64,000 nt of DNA from Octopus sinensis (GCF_006345805.1 NC_043001.1:105710001-105774000); one strand, 5' to 3'; shown: positions 40,512 to 51,850, counted from the first letter of the stretch. Translations and numbers: made by a program. The notes: generated by a model not told the origin, from the sequence alone.

Positions 40512-40600
40512 TATTACCAAACAACTATTACACGGTTATAGTATTGTGATGACGTCGACTAGTCTCCCTTTCAAGAACGCATCCATCGGATTTGAATCTG
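40512..40600 (+). CDS. Candidate exon (phase 2 to 1), ITKQLLHGYSIVMTSTSLPFKNASIGFES
   Basis: Acceptor cttcttgtttttcag|, donor tctg|gtgagc, 89 nt, with one open frame. Confidence 0.3.
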
Positions 40601-40705
40601 GTGAGCTTAGAAGCCACAGATTTAGTGTTACATGTTTGTAAATATTGAGTGTCATTTATTCTTCGGCTACGTTAAAAATGCTCAACCTTCTCTTGCACAC
40701 TTTAG

Positions 40706-40986
40706 GAACTTCAGGTTTAAGAAATTCTTCCATTAATGGAACGTATTTCGTAGCATTAATTCTAAGACTCAGTAGAAACAAGTTATTTACTATGACACAA
40801 CCATCGTTAATCATCGCCTCTAAAACCATTACATTTGCTGGAAACTTAGTGAACCAAAATCTACAGAAATGTGAAGAATCTGCACAACAAAAAACCTGTA
40901 ATCTTTTCGGTTACAATTTTTGTCTAAGCCGAAGAGTGTACGACATGTATCCAATATCCTCAAGCCACTCAGTTCTGATGGTATAA
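40706..40986 (+). CDS. Candidate exon (phase 1), in frame with 40512-40600, containing weak LRR-like motifs
   Basis: Acceptor ccttctcttgcacactttag| after a 105-nt GT-AG intron. Open frame GTSGLRNSSINGTYFVALILRLSRNKLFTMTQPSLIIASKTITFAGNLV. 3' boundary uncertain. Confidence 0.25.
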
Positions 40987-40996
40987 TCCAACAACC

Positions 40997-41203
40997 GAGC
41001 TGGCAGAAACGTTAGCACGCCGGGCGAAATGTGTACCCGTATTTCGTCTGCTTTTAAGTTCTGAGTTCAAATTCTGCCGAGGTCGACTTTGCCTTTCATC
41101 CTTTCACGGTCGATTAAATATGTACCAGTTAATTGACTTAATCCGCCTGTCTGTCCTTGTTTGTTCCCGCTGTGTTTAGCCCCTTGTGTGTAGTAAAGAA
41201 ATA
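40997..41203 (+). mobile_element. Family A SINE with a 19-bp target-site duplication
   Basis: gagctggcagaaacgttagcacgccgggcgaaat...gagttcaaattctgccgaggtcgactttgcctttcatcc. Flanked by ggtataatccaa(c/t)aaccga at 40980-40998 and 41204-41222. Confidence 0.9.
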
Positions 41204-41632
41204 GGTATAATCCAATAACCGAAGTTCGGCGATGGCTCTCATTGATTTTCCAGCGTTGTCATCGATTGTATTTTGAACGCATTAGATAAATTGCAGTGTT
41301 ATAGTGTCGGAATGTCTTTAATGATTTCTTATTCTGTTGAGGCAGTTAAAAATTCTCGCGAAAGGCTTCCACTATCGTGTGAATTTTGTGTACGAATGAC
41401 CATGCAACATGTGGATAACTGACAATTACGAAATCACTCTTTACACATACATATACGGCAGTAGTGACTTCATGTATATTCATTTCTTGCGTTAGCATTT
41501 GATCTGCCATGGAGTAGTTGAAACAACTCTGAAGATTTTAATTGGTTTCAGAAAGTAATGTATTAATAATTAATTGTCCTCAAATACTCCTGGCAGACTG
41601 TAGATCCAGTGTTAGCATGAAGATATTAACAT

Positions 41633-41800
41633 AGGCGTAGGAGTGGCTGTGTGGTAAGTAGTTTGCTTATGAACCACTTGTTTTTCCGGGTTCATTTGCA
41701 CTGCGTGGCATTTTGGGTAACTGTCTTCTACTATAGCCTCGGGCCGACTAAAGCCTTGTGAGTGGATTTGGTAGACGGAAACTGAAACAAGCCCGTCGTA
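41633..41800 (+). mobile_element. SINE family B head, abutting a Penelope-like element
   Basis: aggcgtaggagtggctgtgtggtaagtagtttgc...gccttgtgagtggatttggtagacggaaactgaaacaagcccgtcgtata. Confidence 0.85.
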
Positions 41801-41812
41801 TATATATGTATA

Positions 41813-42202
41813 TGCCGCACTTGTCCTTACCTCTCCAACACCACCCGCCTCACTAGCACCCACCATCGACCCTATCCCATCATCCACTCCTTCACCTGCA
41901 CCTCCAGCAATATTATCTATTGCATCTCTTGCTCTCTCTGCAATTCCTTGTACATCGGACAAACGGGACGCCGCTTGGCTGACCGGTTCGCGGAACACCT
42001 TCGTGACATCCACCTTGCGAACGACACACCGGTCTCACGCCATTTCCGCTCCACCGGTCACTCCTTGCAACACCTATCTGTGTTCGGTTTGTCCTTACAC
42101 AGAGGCCATCCGGATTCCCGTTTGCGCCGTGAACAGGAATTAATCTTCTCTCTTCGCTCTTATACGCCATTTGGTCTCAACTCTCCCCCCCTCCTCATCT
42201 AA
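41813..42202 (+). CDS. GIY-YIG endonuclease domain of a 5'-truncated Penelope-like element (Neptune-like)
   Basis: Uninterrupted 129 codons: CRTCPYL...HSFTCTSSNIIYCISCSLCNSLYIGQTGRRLADRFAEHLRDI...PVSRHF...GHS...RREQELIFSL...PFGLN*. Shows IIY/YIG, catalytic Arg, CCHH zinc residues, Glu and terminal Asn. Confidence 0.9.
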   Translation, partial: CRTCPYLSNTTRLTSTHHRPYPIIHSFTCTSSNIIYCISCSLCNSLYIGQTGRRLADRFAEHLRDIHLANDTPVSRHFRSTGHSLQHLSVFGLSLHRGHPDSRLRREQELIFSLRSYTPFGLNSPPLLI

Positions 42203-42256
42203 CCCCCCTCTCCCCCTCCTCACCTTCATTCTCCCCCATCGTCTCCTCTTCCCCCG

Positions 42257-42554
42257 TCTCCTCCCCCTCTTCTCCTCCTCCCCCTCTTCTCCTCCTCCCC
42301 CTCTTCTTCCCCTCCCCTTCTCTCCCCCTCTTCTCCTCCTCCCCCTCTTCTCCTCCTCCCCCTCTTCTCCTCCTCCCCCTCTTCTTCCCCTCCCCTTCTC
42401 TCCCCCTCTCTCCTCCTCCCCCTCTTCTCCTCCTCCCCCTCTTCTTCCCCTCCCCTTCTCTCCCCCTCTTCTCCTCCTCCCCCTCTTCTCCTCCTCCCCC
42501 TCTTCTTCCCCTCCCCTTCTCTCCCCCTCTTCTCCTCCTCCCCCTCTTCTCCTC
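42257..42554 (+). repeat. 298-nt pure polypyrimidine higher-order tandem repeat
   Basis: Only C and T. Built from 17-mer ctcctcctccccctctt units alternating with cttcccctccccttctctccccctctt. Confidence 0.9.
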
Positions 42555-42843
42555 ACTACACCACATGACTTTACACATCACATCACATATGATGTGCCAT
42601 ACTAATACACACACCAACTAATACATACTAATACGTACTAATACATACTAGTACATACTAATACTTACACCAACCCTATACATACACACGTCCAGACCCC
42701 GCATACGCACTTATACTCTCTCACACACACACACACACACCTATACATACCAATACGTACTAATATATACTAATACATACTAATACATACACCAACCCCA
42801 TACATACGCACGTCCAGACCAATCTTACGCACTAATACTCTCT

Positions 42844-42884
<41 letters not shown>

Positions 42885-43117
42885 ATACATACTAATACAT
42901 ACACCAACCCTATACATACACACATCCAGACCCCTCCCACGCACTTTTAGCTGGTCCCTCAACCCATTTATCAACCCTATTATCTCCCCTTATTTCGCTC
43001 TCGCGTCTCATGTTTGATCTTTGACCTCTGGCCGAAATCAGATCGCCATGTTGATTCGTTAGCTACTGCACGCATTTTTTTTCTCTCCTTCTTTCTGTGT
43101 TTTTCTCTCTCTGTGTA

Positions 43118-43155
43118 TCTTTCTGTTGAAGAGCGTAGGCTCGAAACGTTAAAGA
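43118..43155 (+). ncRNA. Minimal type I hammerhead ribozyme motif with variant core (CUGUUGA)
   Basis: UCUUU-CUGUUGA-A-GAGC(guag)GCUC-GAAAC-GUU|AAAGA. Stem I is 5 bp, stem II is 4 bp, and stem III is the palindromic ACGU. Located in a PLE tail. Confidence 0.6.
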
Positions 43156-43253
43156 CTTGTTTTATTTATATTTCCTGAGCGCCATACTAATACAATTGTT
43201 CGTTTGTTTTCCACCTGCCTTCGTCTTTTGTTTATTTTCATAAAGCTTCCCGT

Positions 43254-43284
<31 letters not shown>

Positions 43285-43297
<13 letters not shown>

Positions 43298-43460
43298 AGT
43301 CTATGTTTGCCCCCCCCCCCAACATCGCTTAACAACCGATGCTGGTGTGTATACGTCCCCGTAACTTAGCGGTTCGGCACAAGAGACCGATAGAATAAGT
43401 ACTAGGCTTACAAAGGTGGTGCTCCAGCATGGCCACAGTCAAATGACTGAAACAAGTAGA
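43285..43460 (+). mobile_element. SINE family B 3' half
   Basis: caacatcgcttaacaaccgatgctggtgtg...ggtgctccagcatggccacagtcaaatgactgaaacaagta. Confidence 0.85.
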
Positions 43461-44460
43461 AAATTTTAAAAAAAGAGTAATTAAATATAAGATCGGTTTG
43501 TTCTTCATAGAATATGAAACATCCATATATTAATACGTTAACGTGGGTGTATTTTACACTCCTATTAATATATATTGCAAGTAAGATCTGAATTGAATTC
43601 TTGTTGTTCGCATTTCAATTGGCATGAAAACTGGATCATCCAATTTCACCTTGTGAAAATGTTGTATTTTACTTGTTTTAGTAACTGAAGGATAGTATGT
43701 ATACACTTAAATCCTTATATCTATGTACATACACACACACTTAAACATACACACATGCACTTGCATGGTATCATATATGCAAATGCATACCTCGACACAA
43801 ACTTAACTTTTATTCGTTTCTTCGTGTTGTTGCGAGTGAGTGCTTTCCAAGAAAACCAGCTGAACATAGAGAGAAGCCAATCGATTACGCTTAAGCAATA
43901 TTAAAGTCTTTTCATTAAAATACAAATGGTAAGATTCAACTGTTAAACTGTCATTTTTATAACGCATACGTGCTACACAAAGCTTCGCAGCCTCCGTTAA
44001 ATTATGCCGTCAGTCAAATAGTGTAAAGAACTTGTCATGAACTAGTTCCCCCCTTCGCATCCATTTGGTGTTTTTCTTTGAATTATTTTCTAAATATCAT
44101 TTCCATTTTGTTTATAGAAAATGCAATTACACTAATATGCTAATGAGCCAATTAAGAAAGATACTGAAAAGAAGCGATTCACTTATAATTCCTTGATTTA
44201 ATTAGAATGACAGCTGCTTGCTGAAAGCATGAAGAACAGAATTGTGTTAAAATACAACTTTGCCATTAATTCTTCCGTCTTAAATTTAGTATTCTCTCAT
44301 TAGTTTCATTATTGCTAGAAACGACTCTCTTGTGGAAGAAATTAAAGTATAGTAAAATTTATTATTGTTCATCAAAATCATACGGGATTATGTTTATAAA
44401 TTTTTATCTTGATATATTGCGAATCAGTTTTTCCTAATGCTATTTATTATTTGGTATCTG

Positions 44461-44800
44461 AGGCGGCGAGCTCACAGAAACGTTAGCACACTGAGGAGTT
44501 CAAATTCCACCGAGGTCGATTTTGCATTTCATCCTTTCGGGGTCGATAAATTAAGTACCAGTTACGCACTGGGGTCGATATAATCGACTTAATCCCTTTG
44601 TTTTTCCCCCTCAATGTTTAGCCCCTTGTGGGTAATAAACAAATAAGAAGCGTTAGCACGCCGGGTGAAATGCTTAGCGGTATTTCGTCTGCCGCTACGT
44701 TCTGAGTTCAAATTCCGCCGAGGTCGATTTTGCATTTCATCCTTTCGGGGTCGATTAAATAAGTACCAGTTACGCATTGGGGATCGATAAACTCGACTTT
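44461..44800 (+). mobile_element. Two tandem family A SINE units
   Basis: aggcggcgagct...gagttcaaattccaccgaggtcg, followed by a second gagttcaaattccgccgaggtcgattttgcatttcatcctttcggggtcg. Confidence 0.9.
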
Positions 44801-44903
44801 TCAGCGATTCTCCACACTACGTGTTCCCTCCTGTACTATTTAGTCTATTCTGGGACCGCGTTTGTATTGTCTATCTCTCCGAATGTTTTTATGTTCTCTG
44901 TTT

Positions 44904-45066
44904 AGGCGCAGGAGTGGCTGTGTGCTTAGTAGCTTGCTTAGCAGCTACATGTCTCCGGGTTCAGTTCCACTGCGCGGTACCTTGGACACATACCTTCTAC
45001 TGTAGCCTCGGGCCGACCAAAGCCTTGTGAGTGGCTTTGGTAGACGGAAACTGAAAGAAGCCCATC

Positions 45067-45068
<2 letters not shown>
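44904..45068 (+). mobile_element. SINE family B head
   Basis: aggcgcaggagtggctgtgtgcttagtagcttgc...ggtagacggaaactgaaagaagcccatcgtata. Confidence 0.85.
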
Positions 45069-45115
<47 letters not shown>

Positions 45116-46380
45116 GAGGACAAGCAAAGAAAGATGTTTCTCTTGTCCGCCTTTTTAGCGTCTGTCCAATTGTTTTAATGTCCTCTATTGCGTTTTTGTT
45201 CCAGTTAATTATATGTATGTGTGTGTATATGTGTGTATGTGCGTGTGTGTGCATCTTATGAGTGCCTCTCATTTGATCCAGAATATTCTCCAGTTAGAAT
45301 ATAACATTAAATTAACGAAGAAAAGTACTGTATTCGTCATATATTTTACCGTTCCTTCTGCCGTGTGTAATTTTATCCAAATCTCTTTTAGAATATATAT
45401 CCATTATATTTGCGTAAAATGTTTTTCCAGTTGTTGAAGAATACAGCAATCTCGCTATTCTAAAGAATTGAAAACCTGAATGTTTAAGAAATATTTCTCT
45501 GTTTCGTGCACGAATTATCCAGAATGTTTTGGAAATTAGCCTTAAGGAATTTTCAACTTGAATTAACAATGCAAATTCACTGTATATTCTGTCCTTTAAA
45601 CGTTAAAACAAGCTGAAACACAAACACAGCCCACGCTTTGGCATTAAGAGATGTAAATCTTGCAGTGATCGTGACAAACAAATATAAAACAGTTATTAGA
45701 TTTAAAAGTTGACAGTTTTATGAAGTATACTAATCGTTAGCGTTTTTGTTTAGAATAAATATTGCAGAGGTGTAATTGCCTGGCAAGTGATTTCGTCTCA
45801 GATCGCGTTTTGGAACTAAAACGAACACAGTGTGACAGACTGAAGTTAGTGATTTAGAAACACACAAAGGGCCGTTAGCTTCACTTAAAATATTCATTGG
45901 TTGGGATACTGTATGAAAATTTTCTCTGCGTGAGACTGTCACCAATTTCACGGACGAAATTTGCGCTGTATCTAAAATGATGCGCTTACATGGCGATATA
46001 CTTAGTTTGTAAACTTCTTGGGAGTTTTATTGTCGATTCTATTTAGGTTAGCATAAAGGCAGCCGTTCTAGTTGGGAGCTTTTAACTGGTTAGTTACCTT
46101 TGGTTTCTGGCATTTCTTACATTCAACCTCCTCTTGTTCATTCTCTTTTTCAATAGCATTTTATACAGATGAATACAATGTGAGGGTGGGGGGGAGACTG
46201 AAGATTTCAAGGAGTTGCTCCGTGGACAACGCAAGTTTGAACAGTGATAGTAACAGCAGTAGTTGCAGTAACATGTGTTGATGTAGTAGTAGTAGTAGTA
46301 GTAGTAGTAGTATCAGTAGTAGTGGTGGTTGTTTCAGCAGCTGTAGAGGTAGTGATAGTGCTGTTGTAGTGTTAGCGGCT

Positions 46381-46610
46381 GGGGCAAACTGGCAGAAACG
46401 TTTGCACGTCGTGCGAAATGCTTAGCGGTATTTCGTCTGCCGTTACGTTCTGAGTTCAATTTTCGCTTAAGTCGACTTTGCCTTTCGTCCTTTCGGATCG
46501 ATAAATTAAGTACCAGTTACACACTGGGGTCGATATAATCGACTTAATCCGTTTGTCTGTCCTTGTTTGCCCCCTCTATGTTTAGCCTCTTGTGGGCAAT
46601 AAAGAAAGAA
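46381..46610 (+). mobile_element. Family A SINE monomer
   Basis: ctggcagaaacgtttgcacg...ctgagttcaattttcgc...gtcgactttgcctttcgtcc...tttagcctcttgtgggcaataaagaaa. Confidence 0.9.
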
Positions 46611-47404
46611 GTAATTAAGTGAGGATTTTCTTTGTTCTTTTAGATTCCTTAATAAAGAACACTTCAATCTTAGTCTTGGGGCATCCGGCACATATTGCTA
46701 ATCTTGCTAATCTCTGTTTTGTATTGTACACAGAAATTTCTCATCTTAGTTATTCCGGGTAACTACAAACGTAACAATGTCTCAGATTCCACACAAAAAG
46801 GTCGCTCGGTAAGATGACACCTTGATATTACATTTCCATTCTGGATGAAGTTCAACTGCAATAAAACTGGTGCTGGGAATTGATTATATACATAACATAT
46901 TCTCAGTATATTTCCCACCAAAGTTTAATGGCAGTAAGTGTTTAACCAGTATATCATCTCAAATATAAATGTTGTAATATTTGGTGATGTACTTTTATCT
47001 GTAGCACAAATATAATTTGGCATTTTGTTTCATTTTCCTATGATTTATTACAGTATCGAACCAACCGATATGTAAGTCAATAACCATAGTATATGATAGA
47101 TCATACAGCCATAAAACACGTACGTTCGTTATTAAGCACTTTTGATCAGAACATTATTAAGAACGAGTCTATTAATATGTGAAGTTCTTTTTCGTTAATG
47201 CCTTTTTAATTGAACAATCTTTCGCTGTATTCTTCACTTTGTTAGAGATTCATACTTTGCAAAAGGGAATATCAAAGAAATATCTCCCTAAACGTATATA
47301 GCGAGTAATAAAACGACAATGTGTAGTAATTGAACTGCCATTTGCAAATATATACGAATACAAGTAGATACGCAATATATACATACATATATATATATAT
47401 ATAT

Positions 47405-47615
47405 ATTCTTTTACTCTTTTGATGGTTTCAGTCATTTGGCTGCGGCTGTGCTGGAGCATAGACTTTAGTCGAAAAAATCGACCTCAGGATTTAGTATTCT
47501 TTGTAAGCCGAGTACTTAGTCTATAGGGCTCTTTTGCAGAACCGCTAATTTACCGGGAACATAAACATGCCAACATCGGTTGTCTAGCGATGGTGGGGGA
47601 CAAACACAGACACAG
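47405..47615 (-). mobile_element. SINE family B 3' half
   Basis: ttcttttactcttttgatggtttcagtcatttggctgcggctgtgctggagca...gaaccgctaa...ccaacatcggttgtctagcgatggtggggg. Confidence 0.85.
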
Positions 47616-48037
47616 ACACACAACACACACAGACACATATATATGCATTTGAATATAATTGTGTGCGTATGTGTATGTGCACGTGTGTATGTGCGCGCGT
47701 TTGTGCGGATATGCATACCTGTACATGCATAGTGGCATATATGTGCATATATAGGCTAATGTGTGGGTGTGCACGTATGTGTTTCACGCGAGTGTGAGTG
47801 ATCGTATGCACATAGACCCATATACGTGTGTGTGCGTGTGCACATGTGTATATATGTACATGCGCGCTTACGCGATTTCTATGTGCATTTTTAGTTCCTT
47901 ACTTGTTTACTTTCTCCCCTTCGGTTTTTCCCCTTATTTAACGCTCATTCTAATAGCTCGTTTGCCTTAATGACAGTCAATTACATAGTAATTTCCCTTT
48001 GTTTAACGGAAATTTTCATAGCATTTCACGATTCATT

Positions 48038-48100
48038 TGATAACTGGCGAGGTGCCGGAGCAGATTTCCGGCCCGAAATCCGAAACTCGGAGTCCTATTA
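48038..48100 (+). ncRNA. Degenerate hammerhead motif, long-stem-II family
   Basis: tgataa-CUGGCGA-ggtgccgg...ccggcccgaaatcc-GAAAC-ucgga-GUC|ctatta. Flanks 48030-48175 are homologous to the reverse complement of 57730-57851. Confidence 0.45.
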
Positions 48101-48205
48101 TGGCAACGGAATGATTGTGACGTATTTTTTCAGATAAATTTCCTCTATTGACATAATGTTCAGGTCTCATTCATTCTTTTGTTGCCTTAACATTACTATA
48201 TATAT

Positions 48206-48264
<59 letters not shown>

Positions 48265-48270
<6 letters not shown>

Positions 48271-48561
48271 ACCGACCAGACCATCAGATGTTGCTACACA
48301 TCGCTGGTCACAATGCGTTCGCATTGTTTTAGCCTTCGAATGACGCCATCCCGCTGGCTAAGCGAGCAGGGCAACAGAAGAAAGACTGAGAGAAAGAGTG
48401 GTGAAAGAGTACAGCAGGGGTCACCACCCCCTGCCGGAGCCACGTGAAGCTTTTGTAGGTGTTTTCGCTCAATAAACACACACAACGCCCGGTCTGGGAA
48501 TCGAAACCGCGATCCTACAACCGCGAGTTCGCTGCCATGACCACTGAGCCATTGCACCTCC
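48265..48561 (-). mobile_element. SINE family C, full length
   Basis: Reverse complement begins ggaggtgcaatggctcagtggtc...ggtttcgattccc and ends gatggtctggtcggtcacgtgata in (TA)n. Confidence 0.85.
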
Positions 48562-48562
48562 A

Positions 48563-48647
<85 letters not shown>

Positions 48648-48673
48648 TATACATATATATATACATATATATA

Positions 48674-49403
48674 TATTGCTAATCTGGTGATAAAATGCAG
48701 ACGGCTAGCTGGATGGATTCTCCGAACTTTCAGAACAAGAGAGAAGGAGACACTGATGGTCCTATGGAAAACATTTGTCCTCAGCCGCTTGGACTACTGC
48801 TCCCAACTTTGGTCACCACACAATATAAAACAAACAGCAGAACTCGAAGCAACTCAGAGAAGCTACACAAAGAAAATCGTCTCAATGCAAAATGTCAGCT
48901 ACTGGGAAAGACTGAAGGTATTAAACCTCTTCTCCCTGGAGCGGAGGCGGGAGAGATATGCAGTGATATACATCTGGAAAATCCTGGAGGGTCTTGTCCC
49001 AAACTTTGGCATTCAAAGTTACTCCAACCGCAGAATGGGGCGCCGCTGCGTGGTGCCAAGGATTCCAACATCACCATCAAAATACAGGTCCAGATACTGC
49101 AACAGCTTGGGTTTCAGAGGACCACAGCTCTTTAACATCCTCCCTAAATGCCTGAGAGACTTACATGGTGTGGATGTGGGTTTCTTAAAACTAAACTGGA
49201 TCTCTTCTTGTTGGGAGTCCCAGATGAACCTACCTCACGACAGGAGACACGGATGCGGGCAGCAGCATCGAACTCCCTTGTTGATCAAGTGCTACGTATC
49301 AGAGGTGGATTCACAAACTAGTGTAGCTCATTCAGCGGTGGTGCCCCAGCATGGCCGCGGCCTTCAGGCTAAAACATTTTTAAGGATTTAAGGATTTAAG
49401 GAT
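48674..49403 (+). mobile_element. 5'-truncated CR1/L2-group LINE, C-terminal part of the RT ORF plus 3' UTR and tail
   Basis: IANLVIKCRRLAGWILRTFRTREKETLMVLWKTFVLSRLDYCSQLWSP...LEATQRSYT...SYWERLKVLNLFSLERRRERY...FRGPQLFNILPKCLRD. One frameshift near 49185, then KTKLDLFLLGVPDEP...GGFTN* (stop 49319-49321) and a (taaggatt)n tail. Confidence 0.9.
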
Positions 49404-49480
49404 ATATATCTATATATATATATATACATATATATATATACTTATATGTACATACATGCATATATGTATATATAAATACA

Positions 49481-49532
<52 letters not shown>

Positions 49533-49640
49533 ATATATATATTATTATATATATATATATATAATATATGTATATATATATATATATATATCTATATATA
49601 TATATATGTGTGTGTGTGGTGTGTGTGTGTGTGTGTTTGT

Positions 49641-49702
49641 TGAGGTACAATGGCTCAGTGGTCAGGGCAGCGAACTCGCGGTCGTAGGATCGCCGTTTCG
49701 AT
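49641..49702 (+). mobile_element. SINE family C head only
   Basis: tgaggtacaatggctcagtggtcagggcagcgaactcgcggtcgtaggatcgccgtttcgat, about 90% identical to the head at 48500-48561 in inverted orientation. Confidence 0.8.
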
Positions 49703-49747
49703 ATATACATATATGTACATACATGCATATATGTATATATAAATACA

Positions 49748-49876
<129 letters not shown>

Positions 49877-50680
49877 ATATATGTATAATATATATATATG
49901 CCTATATAATGCTTAATATCTTCACTACAACATGTACTGACCCCACATATAATCGTTTTCACATCACAGTTTTACTTCTCCCCCAAACACAAAGCGTTCT
50001 CGTGCAACTTGAATATAACTCCGGTTTTTTCCCCCCAATAATACAAATACAATATTCCCTGAGATCTATTATCTATGGATATTAGGGATGATAAGGGATG
50101 TAACGGGAGAAAATTATCAAACAATGAAATCAATGAAATGGACTTGCAATGATGCCGAAGAAATAATAAATGAAGCGGGGATTTACTAGGAATATTGTCA
50201 GCAATGAGTCAGATTAACATGTCAATAAGACTATTTATCATTGGAAATGCAATAAAAGAGGGATTAGGAAAAAAATCGAATGTTGTTTTGGAAATAAATA
50301 ATGCATTGTTTTTTGTGTAACAATGAAATCAGAAACAGATCTATGACTACGGAAAAATTAAATCGCGCAACATTGCTCAAAGATATGAGATTAAGAGCGT
50401 TGTTTAATAAAAATGACGGAAATGGTGTCAGTGAATTTATTTCTGACAGCTCTATTGAGGATCACTAAATCCATAAAAAGCAATATTTTAGATTGCTTCT
50501 AAACTCGAACGGTTTTTCAATAACGTAAAGAGACTCACATGTATATAAGGTCATATATACACACATATACACAAACATTAGCATGCATATATACAGATGT
50601 ATATGTATGTATACACACACACACATGTATATATTCTTTTATCTGTTCACTCATTTAACTGCGGTTATGCTGGAGCACCG

Positions 50681-50802
<122 letters not shown>

Positions 50803-50950
50803 ACATATATATATACATATATATATACATATATATACATATATATATAAATTCCAGGCGCAGGCGTGGTTATGTGGTAAGAAGCTTGCTTCCCTAACAC
50901 ATGGTTCCATTTTCAATCCAGTATGGGAGGAGTATATATACACTCCTCTC

Positions 50951-51169
50951 ATTCAGTGCTCGCTACACATTCTGATTGGATGTTTCATGCGTCAACATGT
51001 GCATCCTTGCGACAGTGTAAGCGTTAATTAATCAAGGCATTCTTGGTCTGAAGAGCAACAGGCGATATACACGTGGTTCGATTTTTACCACATCTGGTGT
51101 TCCACTCGCTATGAAACATATATAGCCTGGACCTTATCTACTCCATTCTGTAAGTATTCCATATATAAT

Positions 51170-51220
<51 letters not shown>

Positions 51221-51432
51221 GGAATATTTACAGAATGGAGTAGATAAGGTCCAGGCTATATATGTTTCATAGCGAGTGGAACACCAGATGTGGTAAAATT
51301 CGAAACCACGTGTATATCGCCGATTGCTCTTCAGACTAAGAATGCCTTGATTAAATTAACGCTTACACTGTCGCAAGGATGCACATGTTGACGCATGAAA
51401 CATCCAATCAGAATGTGTAGAGAGCACTGAAT
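50951..51432. repeat. Long near-perfect inverted repeat (~214-bp arms around a (TA)n spacer); possible foldback element
   Basis: 50951-51164 versus the reverse complement of 51217-51432, with about 8 differences by eye. Confidence 0.92.
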
Positions 51433-51850
51433 ATATATATATATATAAATATATACATCTATTAAACCTTTATCCATTGTATATTTTAATTTTGTTTATA
51501 AATAGATAGTTTTTAGTTACTTAAGCCTATGCGAGATGTGTATACTATATCCATATAAACGTATGAATATTTGTGTATGTGTGCATGTGTAAACATAGAT
51601 ATGTGTGTGTCTGTACACACCTTTTTTTAATTCTTGTCTTAAAGTTTATATATAGGTAGCATTTTCATCTTTCTAGTATTCCATAAGTAAATGCCAAGAG
51701 CAGTCTTTACAGAAACCACATAATAAGAAAATTATAAAGTACACGAATGAATATTAAAATTATTCTATGTAATCTATGTCAATGTTAAATATATATATAT
51801 GTAAATATATATATATATATATGTATATATATATGTATATATATATTATG

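Larger units (their letters stand above)
41813..43255 (+). mobile_element. 5'-truncated Penelope-like retroelement (endonuclease, repeat-rich 3' UTR, hammerhead-bearing tail)
   Basis: GIY-YIG ORF, then pyrimidine and AC-rich tandem repeats, then a tail at 43040-43255 homologous to 52685-52885, ending in (TA)n. Confidence 0.75.

Noticed and set aside
42140-42617. 138-144 aa Gly/Glu/Arg-rich or Pro/Ser/Leu-rich ORFs
   Set aside because: Artefacts of the polypyrimidine tandem repeat, which is open in several frames on both strands.
46169-46281. Strong acceptor followed by DEYNVRVGGRLKISRSC, superficially Ig-like
   Set aside because: Cys spacing is wrong, the frame decays into a (TAG)n-like simple repeat and stops, and there is no good donor.
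48459-48673. N-terminal part of the 310-aa ORF as an extension of the LINE protein
   Set aside because: It is read-through of an antisense SINE head and (CA)n(TA)n. The genuine RT-like sequence starts at about 48674.
51035-51100. Possible hammerhead in the arms of the 51-kb palindrome (ctgaagagc...gcgata)
   Set aside because: It has GAUA rather than GAAA, a 2-bp stem II, and no stem I pairing on either strand.
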